Below are positions 22,510 to 64,000 of a stretch of 64,000 nucleotides of DNA, in pieces; the first letter of the stretch is position 1, and each line of letters opens with the position of its first letter. Source of the DNA: Phoronis australis (lineage: Eukaryota; Animalia; Phoronida); NCBI GenBank assembly GCA_002633005.1, contig NMRA01000144.1:186001-250000 (forward strand), read 5' to 3'. A model generated the notes under the pieces. The model was not told the origin of the DNA and searched no databases. It was given only the letters and a program-made list of their open reading frames with translations. Made by a program: the position numbers and the translations under genes.

Positions 22510-25145
22510 TTAAGATTTCAGCAAATTCATATATTTCAAGCTACCTCTACGCCACATACAGATAAAGACGTCAGATAGAGGTTCTCAACTTTAGTGACAC
22601 AAGAAACGCATTTCAACTAATTCAACTATACGTACTAATAACCGCGCCATCTGGGGGCTGGTACAACCGACTCACAACTTGAGAAACACAGTTAGGTAGA
22701 TCAAGTAGTAAACGCATTTCAACTAATTCAAATACGCCTACTAATGGCTGCGCCACCTGTGGGCAGGTAGATAACGTACATGACGTCATCATCAGGATCA
22801 CAATTTTAGAGACTCCAAAAACGCATTTCAACTAATTCAACTATACGATTAATCATTACGCCACCTAAAGGCAGACAAATAACGCCATCTACGGGGATCA
22901 CCCACTAAATAACGGATAGATAAACTTAGGTAGATCAAGTAGAGCAAGTAGATAAAGTTATTGACATAATCAATGGGGTCACCGTTTTAGAGACTCCACA
23001 CACGCATTTCAACTAATTCAACTATTCCCACTAATCGCTGCGCCACCTACAGGAAAAGACTGATAACAATCATGACATCAGAGGCTCACAACGTACATGT
23101 AAGAGACACAGAACAGGCATTTCAAGTAATTCAACTATTCCCACTAATCACTTCGCCACATGCAGGGACAGAGAACGTTACATGACATCATAAACTGGCT
23201 CACACGTTTAGAAACTCCAAACACGCTTTCAACTAATTCAACTATTCCCACTAATCGCTACGCCACCTGCAGGCACACCTGATACCAAACATGAAGTCAG
23301 CAATAGGCCCACAACTTGAGAGACACAGAACACACATTTCAACTAATTCAACTATTCCCACTAATCACTACGCCACCAACAGGCAGATTAAAAAAGTACA
23401 TGACGCCAGCAAAAGGCTCACCAGGCTCACAAAGTGAGAGACACAGAACAAGCATTTCAACTTATTCAACTATTCCCACTAATCGCTGCGCCACCTGCCG
23501 GGATAGGCTGATAACAAACATTATGTCAGCTACAGGCTCAAAGCTTGAGAAACACAGAACCCACATTTCAACTAATTCATCTATTCCCACTAATCGCTAT
23601 GCCACCTGCAGGCAAACAGATAAAGCACATGGCGCTAGCAAAAGGCTCACCAGGCTCACAACTTGACAGACACAGAACACGCATTTCAACTAATTCAACT
23701 ATTCCCACTAATCGCTGCGCCATCTACAGGAACAGACTGATAACAATCATGACATCAGCAAAAGGCTCATAACTTGAGAGACACAGAACAGGCATTTCAA
23801 CAAATTCAACTATTCCCACTAATCGCTGAGCCACCTGTGGGCAGGTAGAGAACGTACATGACATCATCAACAGGCTCACAATTTTAGGAACTCCAAGCAC
23901 GAATTTCAACTAATTCAACTATTCCCACTAATCGCTACGCTACCTGCAGGCAGACCCGATACCAAACATAACGTCAGCAACAGGCCCACAACTTGAGAGA
24001 CGCAGAACACACACTTCCACTGATTCAACTATCCCCACTAATCACTACGCCACCTAAAGGCAGATTGAAAAAGTACATGACGCCAGCAAAAGGCTCACCA
24101 GGCTCACAAAGTGAGAGACACAGAACAAGCATTTCAACTAATTCAACTATTCCCACTAATCACAACGCCACCTGCAGGCAGACATGTAACGCCACCTACA
24201 GAAATTCACTAAATAACGGGTAGCTAGAATTCAACTTTTCCCACTAATCGCTGTGCCACCTACAGGAACAGACTGATAACAATCATGACATCAGCAAAAG
24301 GCTCACAACTTGAGAGACACAGATCAGGATAACAGTCATGACATCAGCAAAAGGCTCACAACTTGAGAGACACGGAACAGGCATTTCAACTAATTCAACT
24401 ATTCCCACTAATCGCTACGCCACCTACAGGCAGATTGAAAAAGTACATGACGACAACAAAAGGCTCACCAGGCTTACAAAGTGAGAGACACAGAACAAAC
24501 ATTTCAGCTAATTCAACTATTCCCACTAATCGCTATGCCACCTGCAGGCAGACAGATAAAGCACATGGCGCAAGCAAAAGGCTCACTAAGCTCACAACTT
24601 GACAGACTCAGATCAGGCATTTCAACTTAATTCAACTATTCCCACTAATCGCTGCGCCACCTACAGGAACAGACTGATAACAATCATGACATCAGCAAAA
24701 GGCTCACAACTTGACACAGAACGTGCATTTCAACTAATTCAACTATTCCCACTAATTGTTGCGCCACCTGCAGACAATTCAGTGACTCCGGTCTTTCTGT
24801 CTCACATTGCCAGTTATACTTCAGATGGCGCTACAATTGGTTGAATTAGTTGAATAGCTCAGTGCTGGATTGGTTGAGCTTACTTGGGATTAGTTGGATT
24901 CAACTAATTCAACTATTCCTACTAATCAGTGCGTCACCTGTGGATAGGGAGCTAACTTACATGATGTCATCCACAAGCTCAATGTTACAGACACCAATCA
25001 CGCATTTCAACTAATTCAACTATTCCCACTAATCGCTGCGACACCTGCAGGGGCAGTTTGTTAACAAACATGATGTCAGCAACAGGCTTGCAGCAGTGGT
25101 GATGACAGGATAAGATGAGATAAGTTGGGATTAGTTGGGTACAAC
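22510..25145 (+). repeat. Tandem array of ~21 units (~107-118 bp) with a conserved ~45-bp box and higher-order variant order
   Basis: The box gcatttcaactaattcaactattcccactaatcgctRcgccacct recurs at ~22611, 22717, 22826, 23007, 23120, 23227, 23337, 23455, 23566, 23684, 23795, 23904, 24014, 24132, 24228, 24384, 24502, 24620, 24728, 24899 and 25005. Confidence 0.95.
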
Positions 25146-25719
25146 TAAACATTCTGACATGTATGGTGAGTGCTGGGCCCCAAAAAGCCGTACCATATGT
25201 TACTTCTGCTACGTTGTTAATCCGGCACTGGGGATAGTTTACTTGAAGTTATCAGCTTTGACAAGAACTATTAAACACCAAAAAACGTTGTATTTTGTGA
25301 TTTTATTACAAATTGTAAAGTATCCACGCTGTCTGCCAGACATTTGCCGAAATCAAGGACGATGGCTCTACGAGTTAAACATTTCGCTCTGTTAAACGAA
25401 CATCGAATTGGGCCTTTCACTCTCAACAAATTTGTGTCTATTTCTTTACCGTGATAGGATTCCATTTCCGTAAAGTGATAGCATTCAACTTCCGTAAAAT
25501 GCTCAGGCAATCCCTGCACATGCCCCCTTTCCGAATATGCCATTTATGGATGGCCAAACCTAACAAATTATTGGGAGTTTCCTTGAGTCCCAGATGTTTC
25601 AATGTTCTTGTTGGAAATGTAAATGATGTTCTATTATGGTAAGAAAATGACTTTGCTCTCGCTGGTTCCTTAAGTGCATAGCCAGAACGCAGGTACATGT
25701 ATCACGCAGTAGCACGCGC

Positions 25720-26525
25720 TTTAGCATTGGTTGATGTAACCTCGGCATTCATTGGTTAGCTTTACAACAACGTGAAAAAATGGCGGACTATGAACGATTT
25801 TTAGCCTTGTCATGCAAGTGGCGTAGCAGCACTCGTTTCTGCAGTGATGTTTAATAGCCGCGTGCTTGAAGCACATACATGTGCAATAAACACATATCTG
25901 GCCGATTCGACCGGTGTGTTATCTGTATGGATACAGGACAGTACATGGGCGGTGCACCACAAGGGGGCTGAGGGGGGTTTTTGCCCCGCACTTCTTTAGT
26001 GTTGCGCCGCCCATGCAGTATCGTAAACAAAAGTCATCGACAATAGAAAGAAGCATTCCGAAAAGGCGCAACCACGACTTGTTGGATTCACATTTCCTGA
26101 ACATAAATTTTAAACACCGATTTGTCTGTACAACAGACCACATTTACACTTCCTCCATCAATCATGACAGTTTGTTTGCGTAAAGCGCTGCCTGTTGAGA
26201 ATTCTATCAGCCAATCAGAAACGCCGGGGAAAATGAAATGATACCTGCCCGCTGGCTACTACCTAGCGGCACGCAGGGAACTGTCGAGGACATTGCGGAG
26301 CTTAAAGTCTTCGGTTTCCTCGAGATTAACCAATCAAAAACTTGCATGTTGCTACCCTATAGTGTTCCCGGTAAGCCAATGAGACTGCGTTTGACTTGAC
26401 ACCGATAATGTAAGAAAGTAGCACAATGAGTCACCGTGATATTTTAGAACGTCTTCCTGGGCCGCTTGAGGAAATAGAGTAGTTGATTTTAATTTTAAAC
26501 TAGGAAAGCTTGTCGATGACTGAAG
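25720..26525 (+). promoter_or_regulatory. Putative promoter of the Mesh/SUSD2-like gene (CCAAT cluster, YY1-like and AP-1 sites)
   Basis: CCAAT at 26211, 26330 and 26376; ATTGG at 25726 and 25751; AAAATGGCGG at 25777-25786; TGAGTCA at 26427-26433. These are motif matches only. Confidence 0.45.
25944..26015. mobile_element. 72-bp MITE (CATGGGCG termini, 5-bp TSD) in the promoter region
   Basis: cagta|catgggcggtgca...tgcgccgcccatg|cagta. Confidence 0.85.
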
Positions 26526-60377
<33,852 letters not shown>

Positions 60378-60782
60378 TCTCCGATTCCACGAACAGTTTG
60401 ATTGGGCCACATCATCAGTCATCAATTCTTCCGTACTAGAACCATCAGCGTTAACAAATGGAGCAACTTACAATTTGACTGAGGGCATCAAGGTGCTTTA
60501 CAAGATGTATATGAAAAGGATGACGCTAGATGAAGGAACACTCACTATGGGATACATATCGATTCCATTGTACAAGATTCATGGACGCATTAAGATGTTA
60601 GAAAAATATTTTTTTATTTCAGGTGTTTTTTATGATTTTGCGTGTCTTTAGTCCGAGTTTTGTATTTTTTATTTTTGTTTACTGTGGGACTCCCGGTGCA
60701 GGAAGTAGTGGTTTAGTATTCATCTATCCATTAAACGGTTATCAATAAGGGTTTACTGGAGTTGGATCACGCACAGAAAAAC

Positions 60783-61597
60783 GGATTGTTCTAAAACCCC
60801 TCGACCCCCACACCCCACGATCCCCTAGACCCACGACCCACGCCCCCTCAACCCAGTCTGCACAAGCACGACTTGATACATGTATGAACATAGAACAAGC
60901 GTTGACTTGCTGGACTAACGTGTCCTGCCGTGAGCTCGACTGACCTTTCCCCGTGTTTTGCACTTAAGAGGGTCGATTCGGCAAGTTTGAAAGCCAAAAA
61001 ACAGAAAAAGACAAGGCGACCAAATCAAATTAAAGGCCAACCAACGTTACAAATGTCGTTCCCGCCAAAGTGTAATCGACCCCTCTGCTCTTTAGTGAAT
61101 GGCAGAATCAAGTTACTTTAGGAGAGTGAGAGGAACCGACGAATATGTAATTTCTTCAGTAAATACAATTTGACTAAAATAGTATCTCAACGTTACATGG
61201 AGTATACTGCAAACGTGTATACAACAGAAAGCAAACAATAAAAATGTGAAATTATGTCCATTTACATCAACATACTCTTTCCCTAATCTTAGTAGACACT
61301 GGTAGCCGCTCGTGGAGATATTTCCATGACAACAATGGCACGCTCACAATCCGCTATTTCAAATCATGTTCTTTGCCACTTTCTGCATTAACCACCAGAT
61401 TTGAGCCAAACCAGATTCGGGTGTAGGTAAGTCTTATGGGAAAGTCATTCAGCGACGTAATATGATTATAAAATGTGTAAAAAGCGCAAAGATACATCTG
61501 TTGCCGCAGGTTGTGGATCAAGTGGGTTGTGTGTCATGGGGGTTGTGGGTCCAGGGGGTCGTGGGGTGTAGGGGTCGAGGGGGTTTTAGAACAATAC
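60783..61597 (-). mobile_element. MULE-like MITE, third copy, inverted, just downstream of the stop codon
   Basis: TIRs ggattgttctaaaacccctcgacccc / ggggtcgagggggttttagaacaatac; TSD cagaaaaac / cagaataac; interior is reverse-homologous to 8042-8897. Confidence 0.88.
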
Positions 61598-61831
61598 CAG
61601 AATAACTGTATGCACCCGATCAGTAGCTACTCAGCTGATAAAGCGCAAACACGTGTACATCTAGAAAATGATAGTAGTAATAGTAATAGCACTGATATCC
61701 AGTTTCGAGTTGCGTCGTTTTTCAGTAAAAAGTGAGTTTTGTATGCATAAGAATCCCCTGTTATGTTTTAATTGTTTACCTCAGAATATCATTCATGCCT
61801 AGAGCTTTTGAATAGCAGTGTGTCACAATAC

Positions 61832-61837
61832 AATAAA
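61832..61837 (+). terminator. Candidate polyadenylation signal
   Basis: AATAAA ~1.45 kb after the stop, just past a MITE and followed by T-rich sequence; no transcript evidence. Confidence 0.25.
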
Positions 61838-63634
61838 ATGTATTCCGCAAATGATGCTTTGTTACTTACTGAATAGATCGGCTTATTTACATTTTACATT
61901 CATACATGGTGCGTTTACATCCCACGTGCATGTGTATTAACTGTTTTCCATTATTTTGATACTCGCATGCCATTGCAATAGGTATGCAAATACGGGGGTT
62001 TAGTATTCATCAAAAGTCGCAATGATAGGTTTTGCAGGATATATTAGGTGTTTTGTTTATTCATATGTAAAGCGGTCTAACGTTGACTAGTGCAGTTCAG
62101 TCGCTTTCTGACAAGGTTTTATTACAATAATTAGTTTTTTTATTTCTACACAAAATTCCTTGGGAAACCTACATCATAGATTGCATGTTTTATGGTTATC
62201 GACTCATGGAAAGAAATTGTGTTTCATAAATTAATAAGACAATGGTTGATAAGTCAGATAAAAATTAATTCCGTCGAGGTCGATACGCACTCGATTGATT
62301 CAACGCGTGTAGGATAAAACGCAATATGAACACAGTACAAGATGCATATTACTGCAGTACCATCGCGAAGGTGTCGGAGCCGACACAGATACACTGACAT
62401 GCAGGCTGGCGCAAGCGGTGAAAGCGATCGTTCATGGTCCGTTTCAAACTGCCAAGTCTGCCAAAGAAAATGAATATGTTTATTTTTCTCGGTTCATTGT
62501 GGCCTCGATCTCGTTGGATGACTACGATTTGTGCAAGATGTTAACACGTTCTTCGGCCGTATGTGGCGAAGCGGTGTTACGAAAGTGTGAGAGGGTCACT
62601 GGTTTATTCACGGCTAGGAGGGTCCACACAATGAGCGACCGTAATGAAACGTGTTAGTCTTTTGCAGTGGGATCAGCAGCTACTCCGCGACCTTTCGAGA
62701 TTTCACCGCCAAAGGACGCGTTACTACCGCATTTGCATACCGCGTTCTCAGGCTTTTTGAGGTCACCTCAAGATGGTTCCCGGCGGATTGTCGAATAACG
62801 GTTCCAGTTTACACTGAAAATGCTCCTGCAATGGTTGGAGGAATTTTAGATTTGGTGGTGATGTCATCACGCTGATGAGCACGAGCTGCGCTAGAGATTT
62901 ACCGTTAGTGCCAAAACAAAAAGGGTTCAATGTTCAGACGTTATTGATCGCATGCTATTTTTCAGCCACTGCCTTTGGGCGTTGGTCTCAGGATAAATCG
63001 CCCATTTGTCCTGCAGCCGATTACACAGGCGTCGCATTCGCGTAATTATGTTGGACTGGACAGTCTAGAACTGTCGCAGTACTTCCTTTGCATGTAACCG
63101 TACGGTCTTATGCGTCACGGTTGTCGTTGCAAATGTTATAACAATCACACATATGGATACAAGCTTACACAGAAAAAGACGGTATGTATTGGAATGAAAA
63201 AAATTTCATACGTTGCGATATCCACGGACGTAATATTGAAACATGTAACTGAGGTACACAGAGGCTTTATTGTGTCGGCTGACAAATACTGTACAAAATA
63301 GGGCTAAGGTCAAATATCACCTCAAAATGACAACAACTGAGTGTGGCTCACTATTGATAAGCTTAGGGTGGAATAGAAAAGTAGCAGTAATCAAACCAAG
63401 TGCTAGTCCTGAAATATGGAGACATAGCACCAACATGTAGAAACACCTGTTCTATTCTTTTTAAAAAACATCCCTACAACACTCACAAGACGATGCTTTC
63501 AATAATCAATCAAAACAGCGTGTGTACATTTAAAAAAGCCTAAGATCGGAACCAAGGGGTAGAACTACAGTGATACGTTAACTAAATTATAATTAAATAC
63601 TTATTTATGCTAAACGCATATTATTAACAGTAAC

Positions 63635-63840
63635 TCAAACAGTGTAGTCTCCAGGTTTAAAGAGGTGATACTTGGAGGGCGTCCATCCTGGAACACTGTT
63701 ATTGAATGATCGGAAATTTCGTGGTCTAGAACTCTCTACCAGATGTCGCCTCTGTGGGCTCTGTAGACCCAGTTGCACCCTCGGAGGTGTCAGGCTGTCG
63801 TCCACTGGAACTTTCAGTAGCTCGGCGACTTCGACGTGAC
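63635..63840 (-). CDS. Possible terminal exon of a convergent neighbouring gene (unknown product)
   Basis: GC-richer island after a possible acceptor (atgtatgtag|GT); open frame HVEVAELLKV...PGDYTV then TGA; no recognisable domain. Confidence 0.3.
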
Positions 63841-64000
63841 CTACATACATAGCGTAAGATGCACACCATCAACCTCTCAAGATACATCAGTATACATGTT
63901 CACATAGATTTGCATGAGCATAGGCGTGGCAAAGTTGGCTTTAGAGGGATGGGGTGACGAAACAAATGTGAGCACACTCCCCTCCCACCATGCGTCGACT

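Noticed and set aside
22510-25145. CRISPR array, or the coding ORFs listed at 22622-24844
   Set aside because: The context is eukaryotic, there are no cas genes, and the 'spacers' are mutually homologous recurring variants. The ORFs are translations of the repeat with frequent frameshifts.
25200-25698. Minus-strand CxxC-containing ORF (MCRDC), possibly a transposon zinc-finger remnant
   Set aside because: Too short and degenerate to assign by eye.

Overview
This is AT-rich, intron-rich animal DNA, probably from a marine invertebrate; the species cannot be determined from the sequence. It has two assembly gaps (21618-22218 and 39981-40543). One complete 21-exon gene on the + strand (26526-60377; 3396 nt CDS, 1131 aa; all GT-AG introns, all phases consistent) encodes a Mesh/SUSD2-family type I membrane protein: signal peptide, NIDO, IPT/TIG, AMOP, VWD with GDPH, two Sushi domains, a TM helix and a short tail ending YENPSYQI. 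The rest is a dense transposon graveyard: Kolobok-like elements (TTAA, THAP remnant, one copy nested in another), an ISL2EU-like THAP element split by an insertion with a 9-bp TSD, MULE-like MITEs, many MITEs with 5-bp TSDs, and two LINE remnants. Four observations stand out. (1) TACATGTA is strongly over-represented, and paralog comparison shows TA-to-TACATGTA insertions, i.e. probable fossil Tc1/mariner excision footprints. (2) A ~2.6-kb higher-order tandem array upstream of the gene carries a co-oriented CTCF-like motif in almost every unit. (3) A well-formed minimal hammerhead ribozyme lies next to a Penelope-like direct/inverted repeat. (4) The receptor has an APP-like YENPxY tail. All coordinates and counts were derived by eye.
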